The notes: generated from the sequence alone by a model not told the origin. Shown: positions 10,033 through 21,150, counted from the first letter of the stretch. The stretch is 64,000 nt of DNA from Puniceicoccales bacterium (GCA_031256995.1 JAIRPL010000022.1:1-64000), one strand, 5' to 3'. Made by a program: numbers and translations.

Positions 10033-11118
10033 ATGGCCAAGGAACCCTCTCCGTCGCGCACCGAAAAATCCGGCAATGCCGCCCTCAATCTCGCCCTTTC
10101 CGCGATCAACAAGCAGTATGGAGAAGGAACGCTGATGCGCATGGGCGATGCGACCAAGATGAATGTCGCGACCGTCTCCACAGGGTCGGTCGCCCTTGAC
10201 CTCGCCCTCGGGGTCGGCGGCCTTCCGAAGGGGCGGATTGTTGAGATTTACGGCCCCGAGTCCTCCGGAAAAACCACCCTCTGCCTGAGCATCATTGCCG
10301 AAATCCAGCGCAAGGGCGGGAACGCCGTGTTTGTGGATGTCGAGCATGCCCTTGACCCGCGTTACGCGAAAATTGTCGGCGTGGACCTGGACAACCTTCT
10401 CGTCTCCCAGCCCGAAAGCGGCGAGGACGCCCTCAACATCGCCGAGACCCTCATCCGGAGCGGCGCCGTGGATGTCGTGGTCGTTGACTCTGTCGCCGCC
10501 CTCGTTTCCAAGCAGGAGCTTGACGGCCAGGTTGGCGACGCCACCGTGGGCGTGCAGGCCCGCATGATGAGCCAGGCGATGCGCCGCCTCACCGCCGCCA
10601 TCAGCAAAACCAACTGCCTTTGCATTTTCACCAACCAGATTCGCGAGAAAATCGGCGTCATGTTCGGAAGTCCGGAGACAACCCCCGGCGGCCGGGCGTT
10701 GAAATTCTTTGCCTCGGTCCGCATGGACATTCGACGCATCGGGCAGATCAAGGAGCCTTCCGGGAAGATCATTGGCAACCGCACGCGCGTCAAAGTTGTG
10801 AAAAACAAGGTCGCCCCGCCCTTCACCGAATGCGAGTTTGACATCATGTACAGCGAGGGGATTTCGCGCACCGGCTCCGTTCTCGACCTTGGCGTCGAGA
10901 ACAAGATTCTTGAAAAGAAGGGGGCGTGGATTGCCTACAAAGGCCAGCTCATTGGTCAGGGGCGCGAGGCTGCGAAGGATTATTTGTCAAAGAACCCGGC
11001 CGTGCTGGAGGAGATTTCCAAGGAAATCATGGGCAAGGTGCAAGTTGTTGGCGGGACGGCGCTTGCCGAGTCCGGTGCCGCCGAGGAACCCGGCCCAGCC
11101 GCCGCCCTTGAAGATTGA
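10033..11118 (+). CDS. recA: recombinase RecA
   Basis: Walker [11 protein letters not shown]; RecA signature [16 protein letters not shown]; near full-length collinearity with RecA. Confidence 0.97.
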   Translation: MAKEPSPSRTEKSGNAALNLALSAINKQYGEGTLMRMGDATKMNVATVSTGSVALDLALGVGGLPKGRIVEIYGPESSGKTTLCLSIIAEIQRKGGNAVFVDVEHALDPRYAKIVGVDLDNLLVSQPESGEDALNIAETLIRSGAVDVVVVDSVAALVSKQELDGQVGDATVGVQARMMSQAMRRLTAAISKTNCLCIFTNQIREKIGVMFGSPETTPGGRALKFFASVRMDIRRIGQIKEPSGKIIGNRTRVKVVKNKVAPPFTECEFDIMYSEGISRTGSVLDLGVENKILEKKGAWIAYKGQLIGQGREAAKDYLSKNPAVLEEISKEIMGKVQVVGGTALAESGAAEEPGPAAALED

Positions 11119-11208
11119 GGCCTCGCGCATCCCCGGCAGGTGAATGAAGAGCGCCAAGTCTTTTGACACGCCAGAAATTTCTCATCGATTCCTCAGGATA
11201 GAGCCTCC

Positions 11209-12300
11209 ATGAGACCCGTTTGTTCTCCCAAAAACAAGTTGCTCCGCCCGATCCTTTTTGCCTTTGCCGCGTTCTCCGTGGCAGAGCTTTGCGCCGACGA
11301 GGTCCGGCTCAAGGACGGCACAATCATCCAGGGTGTCATTGTCGGCATTGAGGAGAATGTCATCTCCATCCGCCCCGGCACCAATGCCGACGCCTCGGTG
11401 AAAGCCTTCAGGTTCAAACTGGAGGACGTGTTAAACTTCGCCTCCGACGAGGCCATCTACGTCGGCATCGGCTCCGAAACCAGCGCCACAGCCGACAACA
11501 CGGCTTACGGGCGTGTTGAGGGCACGCCCTCCGGCATCCGCGTCCGCACCTCCACGGGCGTTGTCACCGCCCCCGTTTCCCAGATAAAAGTCTCTTACCG
11601 AACTGCCGAGGAAAGTCCTCTGGCAAAGCAAGTTAAGAAACTGGAGAGAAAGTGGATGGTGGAGGTCGTGGGGGATGTGCGAGGAAAGACCGGCACCACC
11701 GAGCAAATTGGGGCCTCCCTGGGGTTCAGTGCCACCAACGCCGGTCCGAATGACACTTTTAACATTTTCGCCAAATATAACTACTATAGCACAGACCACG
11801 AAAAATCCACCGACGACCTTTCCGCCGGCGTGGATTATAAATGCAATATTTCCGAAAACTTTTTTTGGTACGCCCGCAACAACACCGGGTTCAACAAGAT
11901 CAAGAAAATCAATTTTCTGACCGAGGCCGCGGTGGGACTTGGCGCCATGGCGATCAAGGAGGACAAGCACAGTCTGGAATTCCGGCTTGGTGGCGCCTAT
12001 CGTTATGAAACCTACATGACCGACGATGCCTATTTGAGTGTTGTCGGCCTCGATGCCGGAATTCACTACCAATACGAGTGGAGCTGGGGAAAGTTTGACG
12101 ACAAGATCTCCTTCATTCCCGTTTTCAACGAATTCGACAATTACATCCTTCACCATGAGGCCTTTGTTGAGCTGCCCATCGCCAACACACGAAATTGGTT
12201 CATCCGCCTCGGCATTCAGAATGATTTCAACAGTCGCCCGGCTTCCAATGTTGAGAAGCTTGAGACGACCTATTACACTCGCATTGTCGTCCGGTTCTAA
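11209..12300 (+). CDS. outer-membrane beta-barrel protein, DUF481 (YdiY-like) family
   Basis: Signal peptide; alternating amphipathic beta-strand pattern; C-terminal aromatic residue (…RIVVRF); Tyr/Trp-rich. Confidence 0.55.
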   Translation: MRPVCSPKNKLLRPILFAFAAFSVAELCADEVRLKDGTIIQGVIVGIEENVISIRPGTNADASVKAFRFKLEDVLNFASDEAIYVGIGSETSATADNTAYGRVEGTPSGIRVRTSTGVVTAPVSQIKVSYRTAEESPLAKQVKKLERKWMVEVVGDVRGKTGTTEQIGASLGFSATNAGPNDTFNIFAKYNYYSTDHEKSTDDLSAGVDYKCNISENFFWYARNNTGFNKIKKINFLTEAAVGLGAMAIKEDKHSLEFRLGGAYRYETYMTDDAYLSVVGLDAGIHYQYEWSWGKFDDKISFIPVFNEFDNYILHHEAFVELPIANTRNWFIRLGIQNDFNSRPASNVEKLETTYYTRIVVRF

Positions 12301-12493
12301 TTAATTTTCAGCCTTTTCGCGCCCCCGGCAATCCCCTCGGCGGATCGCGCGCACCCGTTGCCTGTGTCGGGAATGAATTTCCCTGTCAAAAAAGGTCTGA
12401 GAGGCGCGAGGGTTCGCTTTTCCCGTGCAACATGGCGGCCCCGGTTTCCCGCGCCATTCCGCCACGACACCCCCCACCATTGGCGGGGAAGGA

Positions 12494-13915
12494 TCACGGA
12501 TTCCGCCGGGCCTCGATTTTCACACGGACCTGCGCGCCAGTAAGACATGAAAGAATGGCTGACGTTTTCGCGTCAAACTCGATTTCTACAGGGATGACAC
12601 GCAGATCTTTGAAGGCGGCCGGATTTTCATCCGCAAGGGCGCCGGCGGTGACGCACAGCCCGATTTTTGTGACAACTCCCTTGAACGTGCGGGCGTTCCA
12701 GCCGGAGACCTCAATCTCGGCATTGGCGCCCACGCTCACACGCGGGAGGTCCGGGACGGAAACCTCGGCCTTGACGAGCATCTGCGACAAATCGGCCACC
12801 TCGGCGATGACACCACCCGCGCCGGGAGACTCGCCCGGGTGGGCGTGCAGGCGAAGGACGCGCCCGCGGATGGGGGACCGCACGCTTGTGAGCGCAAGAC
12901 GCGCATCGGCGAGCCGCAAAGCCTCGCTGGCCTCGGCAAGCTCGGCCTTGGCGATGGCGATGCGGGCCTCTCCAGAGGTTTTTTGCGCGGCGGCGTAGGC
13001 GTCCATCGCCGCCTGCCGTTGCCTGGCTGCGGAGAGTTGCGCCTCGGCGGCGGCAACCTCCCCGGCGGTGCGTTCCGGCAGGGCGTTGCGGGAACGGGCG
13101 GACTCCAATTGCGCCCGCGCGATGGCCACAGCCGTCGCGGCGGCGGATTCGCGCGCGGCATATTCGCGCAGGGAACTCTCGCGGACGGCGCGAGCCTCGG
13201 CCAATGCCGCCTCGGCGATGCGTCCCGCGCCCCAGTTGCCCGCCTCTTTGCGTTGCGCGGTGGCGGTGGCGACGGCGGCATCGACACGGGCGGTGAAGGC
13301 CGCCTTCCCGGATTGAAGATTCTCAAGGGCGGCGGTCTGGGCGTTCAACGCCGCCTCAAGCTCAAGAATCACACCGTCAGGGACCTGCCTCCGCCCTGCC
13401 CCGGCACGCACGGCCTCGAGGGCGGCGGTGGCGGCGGCAAGATTTGCGCGGACCTCGTTGCGCCGCAGTTCCAGCTCGCTTAGCGCGAGCGCGGCGTCGG
13501 CGCGGGCGGAGGTTTCCCCGAGCGTGGCCGTGGCGACACGGGCGGAGGCTTGCGCCCGCGCCAGGCGGGCCGGGCCTTCGGAGGCCAGGACGGCAAGCAC
13601 GTCCCCCTCCCCCACCTCATCGCCTTCCCGCGCGAGGATCCCGGCGATGATGGGCGCGCCTTGATCGGCCGGGGCGGCCACCTGGCGCACCCGCCCTTTG
13701 GGGGAAATGCGCCCCTGGCAGCCGACGCCAAGAGCGGGCGCGGCCGGGGATGCCGCAGGGGGCGTCCCGCCTTTTTCGCCGGGAGAGGTTGCGACGACCG
13801 GGTCCGCGTTGGAATTGGGCGCCAGGCCGGCGTTCATGGGCAATGCGGTGGCGGCGCAAAGCATGGCAAACGCCACGGTGCCAAACTGGCGTCCTGGGGA
13901 TTTAGTGTTCTGCAT
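12494..13915 (-). CDS. HlyD-family periplasmic adaptor (membrane fusion protein); orphan
   Basis: N-terminal signal/anchor; long Ala-rich coiled-coil hairpin region; C-terminal beta-barrel/lipoyl-like segment (PIRGRVLRLHAHPGESPGAGGVIAEVADLSQMLVKAEV). Confidence 0.7.
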   Translation of the reverse strand: MQNTKSPGRQFGTVAFAMLCAATALPMNAGLAPNSNADPVVATSPGEKGGTPPAASPAAPALGVGCQGRISPKGRVRQVAAPADQGAPIIAGILAREGDEVGEGDVLAVLASEGPARLARAQASARVATATLGETSARADAALALSELELRRNEVRANLAAATAALEAVRAGAGRRQVPDGVILELEAALNAQTAALENLQSGKAAFTARVDAAVATATAQRKEAGNWGAGRIAEAALAEARAVRESSLREYAARESAAATAVAIARAQLESARSRNALPERTAGEVAAAEAQLSAARQRQAAMDAYAAAQKTSGEARIAIAKAELAEASEALRLADARLALTSVRSPIRGRVLRLHAHPGESPGAGGVIAEVADLSQMLVKAEVSVPDLPRVSVGANAEIEVSGWNARTFKGVVTKIGLCVTAGALADENPAAFKDLRVIPVEIEFDAKTSAILSCLTGAQVRVKIEARRNP

Positions 13916-14105
13916 GTTTGTGCGCGGGTTGTCGCAAAATTCAAAGGGTGTTCAACTGAAAAACCGTTCCTGCCATGCCTGCGTCACCGATGGCCTCCTT
14001 GGGAAAGGGCGTGGAGGGGAGCTTGTCGCGCGTTTTCCGGCTGCCGCCCCTCCCGAATTGCAAGAAACCGCCGCCTCAGGGCGATCCGGCCGCATGGGCC
14101 GCGAT

Positions 14106-15116
14106 TCAATTTTTTCTGGTCTTGTAAATGTCGTGGAGGCGCAGGAGGCCAAGGAGGCGCCTCGTCCCCGCTTCGACGACGGGGAGGATGGAGATCTGTG
14201 TCCTGCGTTTTTCCATCAACGTGAGCGCATTTTCCAAGGTCGCCTCCGGGGTCGTGCAGACGGGGGTGCGGGTCATCACGTCCGCGACGGCGATTTCGGA
14301 GAGTTTCCGGTCATCCTTCAAGGCGCGGCGAAGATCCCCGTCGGTGACGATCCCGATAAGGTTTTTCCCGGCATCCACGACGCAGACGGCGCCAAGTGAA
14401 TGCGCGGGAATGCTGTCCACAAGCTCGCGCAATGTGGCGGATGCCCCGACGCAGGCGACCTTGCCGACGGGGTGCATGACTTTTCCAACGACCACGGAGG
14501 CGTTGTAAAGCGTCCCCGATGGGTGGAAACGGCTGAAATCATCCTCCGTGAAGCCCCGTTTGCTCATCACGGCGGCCGCAAGGGCGTCGCCAAGGGCGAG
14601 GGTGAGCAGGGCGCTGGTGGTGGGGGCGAGGCGGAGCGGGCCGGCCTCCTCGGCCTCCCCGATGTCAAGGGCGGCATCGACTTTCCTGGCCAATTCGCAG
14701 TCGGGGTGGCGCGCCCTGGCCGCGATGGCGACGGTGTAGCATCCAACGGCTTTCAGTTTGTGAAACAGGTAAAGCACCTCCTCGGTTTTCCCGCTTTTGG
14801 AGACAAAAATGACGATGTCCCTGTCCCGCACGATTCCCATGTCGCCGTGCACGGCCTCCGTGCTGTGCAAAAATACCGCCTGCGTGCCCGTGCTGCACAG
14901 CGTCGCCGCGATTTTTTCGGCGATGCGTCCGGATTTTCCAATGCCGGTGAGGATGACTTTTCCCGAGCCTTCCGATCCCGTGGTTCGCGCGAGGATCTCC
15001 CCGACGACCCGCTCAAAATTTCCATCCAATTGCGAGGACAGCCTGGCAAGCGCGTCGGCCTCTTCCTTGAGCAATTTTCGCCCCACTTCAAGGGCGGTCG
15101 GCTTGGTTTTGGACAT
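14106..15116 (-). CDS. kdsD: arabinose-5-phosphate isomerase (KpsF/GutQ family; SIS domain plus two CBS domains)
   Basis: SIS motif VILTGIGKSGRIAEKIAATLCSTGT; two CBS repeats in the C-terminal half. Confidence 0.9.
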   Translation of the reverse strand: MSKTKPTALEVGRKLLKEEADALARLSSQLDGNFERVVGEILARTTGSEGSGKVILTGIGKSGRIAEKIAATLCSTGTQAVFLHSTEAVHGDMGIVRDRDIVIFVSKSGKTEEVLYLFHKLKAVGCYTVAIAARARHPDCELARKVDAALDIGEAEEAGPLRLAPTTSALLTLALGDALAAAVMSKRGFTEDDFSRFHPSGTLYNASVVVGKVMHPVGKVACVGASATLRELVDSIPAHSLGAVCVVDAGKNLIGIVTDGDLRRALKDDRKLSEIAVADVMTRTPVCTTPEATLENALTLMEKRRTQISILPVVEAGTRRLLGLLRLHDIYKTRKN

Positions 15117-15335
15117 GGTTTTTTAGGCTGGCAGAAAAAAACACCCGCATGGTGCGTGGCGACAGCAAAGACGGGGACTGTGCCCCTTCGGAAGAGCCAG
15201 ACTTTTGCCCTGCCGCCCCGGTCAAGCCACGGCGTCGGCGGGTCCCTGGCGGTTTTCGGGCGGTGTCCGCGCGAAATCGTGTTTTCAGAAAGATTTTGCG
15301 CCGCTGCCGCCACGCCTTATCCCACGTTGCCCCTG

Positions 15336-16277
15336 ATGAAGTGCCTGCTCCTTGATGGATTCAACCTCGCCTTTCGCGCCTACCACGCGATGCCGGAATT
15401 GACCCGCGCGGACGGTTTTCCAACGGGCGCCCTCCAAGGCTGGGTGCGCATCCTGTGGAAGCTTCAGGAACAGGCGCAGGCGGGGCACGCCATTGTTTTT
15501 TTCGACAAGGGAGGCTCGCGGCGGCACCTCGAGATTCATCCGCAATACAAGGCGAACCGGGCCGAGACCCCGCCCGCGCTCGCGCAACAAATCCCGGAGC
15601 TGAAGACCATTGCCGTCCTGCTCGGATTCCAACTTGTCGAGGAGAGCGGGGTCGAGGCCGACGATCTCATCGCCTCCGCCGCGACGCGCCTCGCCGCGGA
15701 TGGCGACGAGGTGCGCATTGCCAGCGCGGACAAGGATTTTGCGCAACTCGTCAATGAGCGCATCCGTTTGCTGACGCCGCCCGCGCCCGGCCACGGCAAG
15801 GAGGACTGGCGCGAGCTGGATGAGGCGGGGGTTCGCGAAAAATTCGGCGTCGGGCCGGCGCAGATCGTGGATTACCTCTCCCTTGTCGGCGACACGGTGG
15901 ACAACATCCCGGGGTTGCCCGGCGTTGGCGCCAAGACCGCCGCCGCGTGGCTTGGAAAGTACGGTTCAATCGAGGGAATCCTTGCCGCGCGCGACACGGT
16001 GGAGCCTGTCCGCCATCGGAAACTGCTTGGCGAGTCGGGAGAACTCCTGGAACGCAACCGCCGCCTCATCACATTCCTGACGGATCTTTCGGGGGACTGG
16101 CGTGAGAGAAACGAGATGAATGTCTCCGGCGCCATCGCTTTTTTTAACCGCTTCTCAATGTCGGCGACGCTCCGGGAATTTGAGCGCCGCCGGAATTGGA
16201 AGGATGCCGCGCCGAAGGCCCCGGCGCCCCCCAAGGCCAGGGCGGCGCCACAGGCCGGCCAGCTGGAGCTTTTTTGA
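15336..16277 (+). CDS. stand-alone 5'-3' exonuclease (Pol I N-terminal / FEN-like)
   Basis: LLLDGFNLAFRAYHA; carboxylate motifs EADDLIA and ADKDFAQL; helix-hairpin-helix GLPGVGAKTAA. The first 312 codons of ORF 14400..16277 are antisense to kdsD, so the start is placed at ATG 15336. Confidence 0.85.
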   Translation: MKCLLLDGFNLAFRAYHAMPELTRADGFPTGALQGWVRILWKLQEQAQAGHAIVFFDKGGSRRHLEIHPQYKANRAETPPALAQQIPELKTIAVLLGFQLVEESGVEADDLIASAATRLAADGDEVRIASADKDFAQLVNERIRLLTPPAPGHGKEDWRELDEAGVREKFGVGPAQIVDYLSLVGDTVDNIPGLPGVGAKTAAAWLGKYGSIEGILAARDTVEPVRHRKLLGESGELLERNRRLITFLTDLSGDWRERNEMNVSGAIAFFNRFSMSATLREFERRRNWKDAAPKAPAPPKARAAPQAGQLELF

Positions 16278-16367
16278 TCTCCGGGATGCCCGGAAAGGCC
16301 TTTTCCGGGGAAAAACCTGCCCAAACCTCCCGCCGGCGCGGCTTCACGCCTTTCGCCCGGCGCGGCG

Positions 16368-18818
16368 CTACAGGTGTTTCACGCGATCTTTTTCCTCGGC
16401 GCGTTTGGCGTTGTTCCAGCGCGATGTGTCGCCGACGAGGTAGCCCGTGATCCGGCGGATGCGCTCAAAGGGGGCCTCGGCCGTCTCCTTTCGCCCGCAC
16501 TTGGGGCATTCATTGTGGAGGATTCCGGTATAGCCGCAGGCCGGGTCACGGTCCACGGGGTGGTTGATGCTGCCATAACCGATGCCGCTTTCCTTCATCT
16601 TGCGGATGATGCTTTCAAAGGCGTCAAGGTTGTCCAGCGGCGAACCATCCATCTCGACGTAGGTGATGTGGCCTGCGTTGCAAAGGGCGTGGTAGGGGGC
16701 CTCGATCTCGATTTTTTCGTGGGCGGCGATCGGGTGGTAGACGGGGACGTGGAAGGAATTTGTGTAATATTTGCGATCGGTGACGCCAGGGACGCACCCG
16801 TAGCGCTCGCGGTCCATGCCGGTGAAGCGCCCCGCGATGCCCTCGGCGGGGGTCGCCAGAAGGGAGAAGTTCAGCTGGTGCCTTTTTGCCAACTCGTCGG
16901 TGCGGCGGCGCATGTGGTGCACGATTTGGAAACCGAGCTGCTGGGCGCGGGAGGAATGTCCGTGGTGCTCCCCGATGAGGGCCATGAGCGTCTCGGCGAT
17001 TCCGATGAAGCCGATGGAGAGGGTGCCGTGCTTGATGATGTCGCGGATCGGGGTGTCAGGGTTCAGCCCCTTCCCGCCCATCCAGATCCCCTGGCCGATG
17101 AGAAAGGGAAAGTGGCGCGGGGTCTTGTTGGCCTGGATCTTGTGGCGTTCCAAAAGCTGCGCGGCGACGAGCTGGATTTTCTCGTCAAGCTCCTGATAAA
17201 AGCCCGCAAGGTCGGGCATGGTCCTTGTCCGCAGGGCCGTGCCATGCTTGAGGGCGATGGCCGGGAGGTTGATGGTTGTGAATGACAGGTTGCCGCGCGA
17301 GGTGATGCGCCCGTTGCTTTCCGGGAAGATGGAGCCGATGGTGCGTGTGCGGCACCCCATCGTGGCGATTTCGGTGCGGTAATCCCCCGCCTTGTAGTAC
17401 TGAAGGTTGAAGGGGGCGTCTATGAAGACAAAGTTTGGAAAGAGGCGCTTGGCGGAGGTCTTGAGGGCCTGCTGGAACAGGTCGTGGTTGGGGTCGCCGG
17501 GGTTGTAGTTCACGCCTTCCTTCACCTTGAAAATGGTGATGGGGAAAATGGGGGTCTCGCCATGCCCCATGCCTTCCCAGACCGCCTTGAGGAGCGAGGC
17601 ACTTGCCAGGCGGCCCTCGGGCGTCGTGTCGGTCCCGAAGTTGACGGAGGTGAAGGGCACCTGGGCGCCGGCGCGGGAGTGCATGGTGTTCAGGTTGTGG
17701 ATGAACGCCTCCATCGCCTGCTCGGTGTCGTGGCGCGTGTCGTCGGCCGAGGTGTCAAAAATGGCGTCAAGGGCCTCCACGGTCACGTTGCCTGCGACGG
17801 CGCCGAGGGCGCTGGCCAGCGATTGGATGATTTCCGGCAGGCCGGGGCGCGGGTAGGCCACGCGATGGGCGGGAGAGGCGGCCTCCCACGCCGTGAGTGT
17901 GGTGTTGAGCGTGGCGCGCCCGACGGGAGTCCCCTGGAATTTGAGGTAGCGAACGAGGTTGGAGAGAAAGGCGTTGCGGTGCGTGCGGGAAATGGCCGGG
18001 GCCATCGCATAGTCAAAATTGGGGATGCTCTGGCCGCCGTGCTGCTCGTTTTGGTTGGATTGCAGGACGATGGCGGCGAGGTTGGCGGCTGTCTTGATGC
18101 CATTGGGGGGGCGAATGCTGCCGTGGCCCGTGGAGAAACCTTTCTCAAAAAGTTCAAGGATGTCGATCTGGCAGCATGTCAGCGTCCCCATGGGGAGAAA
18201 ATCGAGGTCATGGATGTGGATGTCGCCGGCGTCATGCGCGCCGATGTGCGCGGGATTGAGCAATATGGTCCTGGAAAATTCCTTGGATGCCTCGGAGCCG
18301 ATTTTGAGCATGGCGCCCATTGCCGTGTTGCCGTCCACGTTGGCGTTCTCACGTTTCAGGTCATTGCCCGCGGCGTCCTGGGTGACGATGCCGACGAGGG
18401 TTTTCATCAGGCGGGAGTTGGACTCGCGGATGCGGCTGCGCTCGTTGCGGTAAAGAATGTAAGCCTTGGCGATGTCAAAACGCCCCATGTTGGCGAGGGT
18501 CTGCTCCACGACGTCCTGGATTTGCTCGACGGAGGGCACCTCCTCCCGGAATTTTTGCGCGAGCGCGCCCGCCACGAGTTCGCCCGCCAAGGTCGGCAGG
18601 CTGTTGTCATGAATGCCGGTGGCAAACACGGCGAGCCGGATGGCATTGATGATTTTCTCGATGTAGAAAATTTCACGGCGCCCGTCGCGCTTAAGGATGT
18701 ATTGGACGCCGCGTGTGGCGCGGTTGGAGATGTGGCCGTTCGTGGTGGAGGGCGTGGAAAGCGGGGACAATGCAGGGCTGGCGGGCGCGGCTGGCGGAAT
18801 CTCTGTTGAAATGGACAT
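16368..18818 (-). CDS. nrdD: anaerobic ribonucleoside-triphosphate reductase (class III) with N-terminal ATP-cone
   Basis: ATP-cone VQYILKRDGRREIFYIEKIINAI; C-terminal Zn-ribbon CPKCG; glycyl-radical motif RITGYLVG; 816 aa. Confidence 0.93.
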   Translation of the reverse strand: MSISTEIPPAAPASPALSPLSTPSTTNGHISNRATRGVQYILKRDGRREIFYIEKIINAIRLAVFATGIHDNSLPTLAGELVAGALAQKFREEVPSVEQIQDVVEQTLANMGRFDIAKAYILYRNERSRIRESNSRLMKTLVGIVTQDAAGNDLKRENANVDGNTAMGAMLKIGSEASKEFSRTILLNPAHIGAHDAGDIHIHDLDFLPMGTLTCCQIDILELFEKGFSTGHGSIRPPNGIKTAANLAAIVLQSNQNEQHGGQSIPNFDYAMAPAISRTHRNAFLSNLVRYLKFQGTPVGRATLNTTLTAWEAASPAHRVAYPRPGLPEIIQSLASALGAVAGNVTVEALDAIFDTSADDTRHDTEQAMEAFIHNLNTMHSRAGAQVPFTSVNFGTDTTPEGRLASASLLKAVWEGMGHGETPIFPITIFKVKEGVNYNPGDPNHDLFQQALKTSAKRLFPNFVFIDAPFNLQYYKAGDYRTEIATMGCRTRTIGSIFPESNGRITSRGNLSFTTINLPAIALKHGTALRTRTMPDLAGFYQELDEKIQLVAAQLLERHKIQANKTPRHFPFLIGQGIWMGGKGLNPDTPIRDIIKHGTLSIGFIGIAETLMALIGEHHGHSSRAQQLGFQIVHHMRRRTDELAKRHQLNFSLLATPAEGIAGRFTGMDRERYGCVPGVTDRKYYTNSFHVPVYHPIAAHEKIEIEAPYHALCNAGHITYVEMDGSPLDNLDAFESIIRKMKESGIGYGSINHPVDRDPACGYTGILHNECPKCGRKETAEAPFERIRRITGYLVGDTSRWNNAKRAEEKDRVKHL

Positions 18819-19290
18819 GGTTGGCTGACTTTTATTCAGAGGGATGCTTGGGCGAACATGAGGGGGGATGAGTTGGCAAGGCCAGCGAAAAAACGGATCC
18901 AGAAAAGGAAGAAGTGTTGTTTTTAGCGCTCATTAACGCGCCGCATGGGAAAATTGTCCACAGATTGTGCACGGGGTTGCTCACAGGTTATTCGCAGGTT
19001 AAAATGACGGCTTCATTGTGAAATAAATGAATATTTTTTGTTGAATTTTGTTGGAAAGACATGATCTCGAAGCTTTGGGTTTCGTAAATTTATCACGAAA
19101 AAATCGTTATTTTTGCATTTTTCTCTTATTTTATGGCTTTTTATCAAGTTTTTAAGCCCCTGTCGCGTACCCTGCCGTAATTTCATTTTTTCAGAGATTT
19201 CGGTTGCAAACCGGCGGGATGCTGGCAGCGTCCGGGATGCTTCAGTTCGCCCGTAACGCTCGTGACTTCATCGTCCGTTCCTACTCTCAC
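18819..19290. promoter_or_regulatory. AT-rich divergent intergenic region between nrdD (-) and the OMF gene (+)
   Basis: A ~350-bp stretch of roughly 30% GC (18950-19200) in a ~65% GC context. Contains an imperfect palindrome GTCCACAGATTGTGCAC at ~18957-18973 and TTCATTGTGAAATAAATGAA at ~19012-19031. Confidence 0.4.
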
Positions 19291-20922
19291 ATGAAAAACT
19301 ATCCGCGCAAATCCACCATCGCCTTTCTGCTGGCATCTGTCGCCCTTGGCGCCACGGCTTGCTCCTCGCCCCGCGAAACCCAAAAAGAGACGCAGGATGA
19401 CCTGAACAAAAGCGTGGCCCTTCCGACCGCCTGGCACAACCAGCCCGGAAAAGTTCCTGCCGCGAAACAGGCGCCAGCAGAGTTGACCGAGGCGCAGCGG
19501 AAGGCATTCAACGACACCCTCGCCCGCGACGCCAGCGAGGCGCAACGGGACCGTACCGTGCTCTTTGCATGGGTCCGCCAGTTCAACGACCCCGTGCTTG
19601 AACGCATCATCACGGACGCCCTCTACAAAAGCCCCGATTTGCGCACCATGCTGGGGCGTGTCACCGAGATGCGCGCCCGCGCCGGCCTTGAGAGCGCCAA
19701 CCTTTGGCCCACCATTCACGGCTACCTCGACGCCCGCCAGAACTACCGCAGGGACCACCGCGGGCAGACCACATCCGAGGGTTACTACCGCCCCGGCCAC
19801 CACACAACCTCCGGAGACCTTTACACGGCCGGTTTTGCCGCCACGTGGGAGATTGACCTTTTTGGCAAGTACCAGTCCTCGGCCGCCGCCGCGCGAATGG
19901 AGGAGTTTGTCTCGATAGACAATTTCCGTGCCGCCCAAATCTCACTGGTTGCCGAGATCGCCGAGGCCTACATCGCCCTGCGCGGCGCCGAATGCCGCAA
20001 GGATGTGGCCTTGCGTAACTTGGATTCCTGCGCGGAGTCCCACCGCCTCGCCCAATTGCGCCAGGAGACGGGCGTGGGGGACACCTTCGAGCTTCAACAG
20101 GCGGCGACCACGCTGGAGCAGGCAAAAATCACGGTGCCCGCGCTCCAAGGCGAGATCGAGCAGGCGCGCACCCGTCTGGCCGTCCTGACGGGGGCTGTCC
20201 CCGGCGTGCTGGACTCCATGCTTGAGAAAAAAGCCGCGCCAAGGGGGAATTTCAACCAAGCCTCGGCCGCCGACGCCGCCCTCGCCTCCCTGCCCCTTGT
20301 GCCGGAGAACCTTCGCATCGGCGCCCCCGGTTACGTTTTGAGCCGCCGCCCGGATATCCGTGCCGCCCGCAAAACCGCCGTTGCCGCCGCCCTGCGGACA
20401 AAATCTGCCAAGCGCGCATGGTTCCCCACCCTCAACCTCTCAGGCTCCATTGGCATTGAGGCGCTCAAGGCCGGCAACCTCTTCAGCCCGGAGGCAACCA
20501 TTGGCAGTATCCTTGCCGGACTCACACAGCCCGTCTTTGACGGCTGGCGCATCTCCAAGAACATAGACATCACCACGGAGATCCAGAAACAGGCCATGTC
20601 CGAATACGAAAGCGCGGTCCTCAATGCCCTTGGCGAGGTTGAGGAAGCCTTCGTCGCAATCCGCGCCGCCTCCGAGCGCCTTGAGTCCCTCAAGCGCGCC
20701 ACCAACATCGCCGCCGACAACGCCAGGATCGCCGCCCAGCGAAAAGAATCCGGCGTGAGCGACTATGGCGACGTCCTTGAAAACGAGCGCGGCAAACTTG
20801 CCCTGGAGGACCAGACCGTCGCCGTCGCCGTCGCCCGGGCCACCGCCCAGGTTCGTCTCTTCCGCGTCCTTGGAGGGCCGGAGCTTCTTCTTGATCCGGT
20901 GGAAGGCACGCCGGGGCGTTGA
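19291..20922 (+). CDS. efflux outer-membrane factor lipoprotein (TolC/NodT family)
   Basis: Lipobox-like LGATAC after the signal sequence; two-repeat TolC-like helical/beta architecture. Start at the internal ATG 19291 (MKNYPRK…). Confidence 0.85.
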   Translation: MKNYPRKSTIAFLLASVALGATACSSPRETQKETQDDLNKSVALPTAWHNQPGKVPAAKQAPAELTEAQRKAFNDTLARDASEAQRDRTVLFAWVRQFNDPVLERIITDALYKSPDLRTMLGRVTEMRARAGLESANLWPTIHGYLDARQNYRRDHRGQTTSEGYYRPGHHTTSGDLYTAGFAATWEIDLFGKYQSSAAAARMEEFVSIDNFRAAQISLVAEIAEAYIALRGAECRKDVALRNLDSCAESHRLAQLRQETGVGDTFELQQAATTLEQAKITVPALQGEIEQARTRLAVLTGAVPGVLDSMLEKKAAPRGNFNQASAADAALASLPLVPENLRIGAPGYVLSRRPDIRAARKTAVAAALRTKSAKRAWFPTLNLSGSIGIEALKAGNLFSPEATIGSILAGLTQPVFDGWRISKNIDITTEIQKQAMSEYESAVLNALGEVEEAFVAIRAASERLESLKRATNIAADNARIAAQRKESGVSDYGDVLENERGKLALEDQTVAVAVARATAQVRLFRVLGGPELLLDPVEGTPGR

Positions 20923-21150
20923 GACCGTGCCGGGGCGCCTCCAGCGCCCCGCCCCGTTTCCATTGCCATTTTTTCACGCGCCATGCAAAACAGCCCGGAC
21001 GTTGTTCCTCTGATTTCCAAAGACACCCGTAAAACCGCTGAACGACGCGCAATTCTGGCAGGGTGCCTTTCCCATTTTTCCTAAGAATCTCCCAAGAAAC
21101 AGCCGCCGGGAACGCCCCACACACCAAGAACACAAGCCTCCACACCAAAC

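Noticed and set aside
14400-15335. N-terminal 312 codons of the 625-aa ORF 14400..16277
   Set aside because: Antisense to the well-supported kdsD gene. The exonuclease homology begins at the internal ATG 15336.
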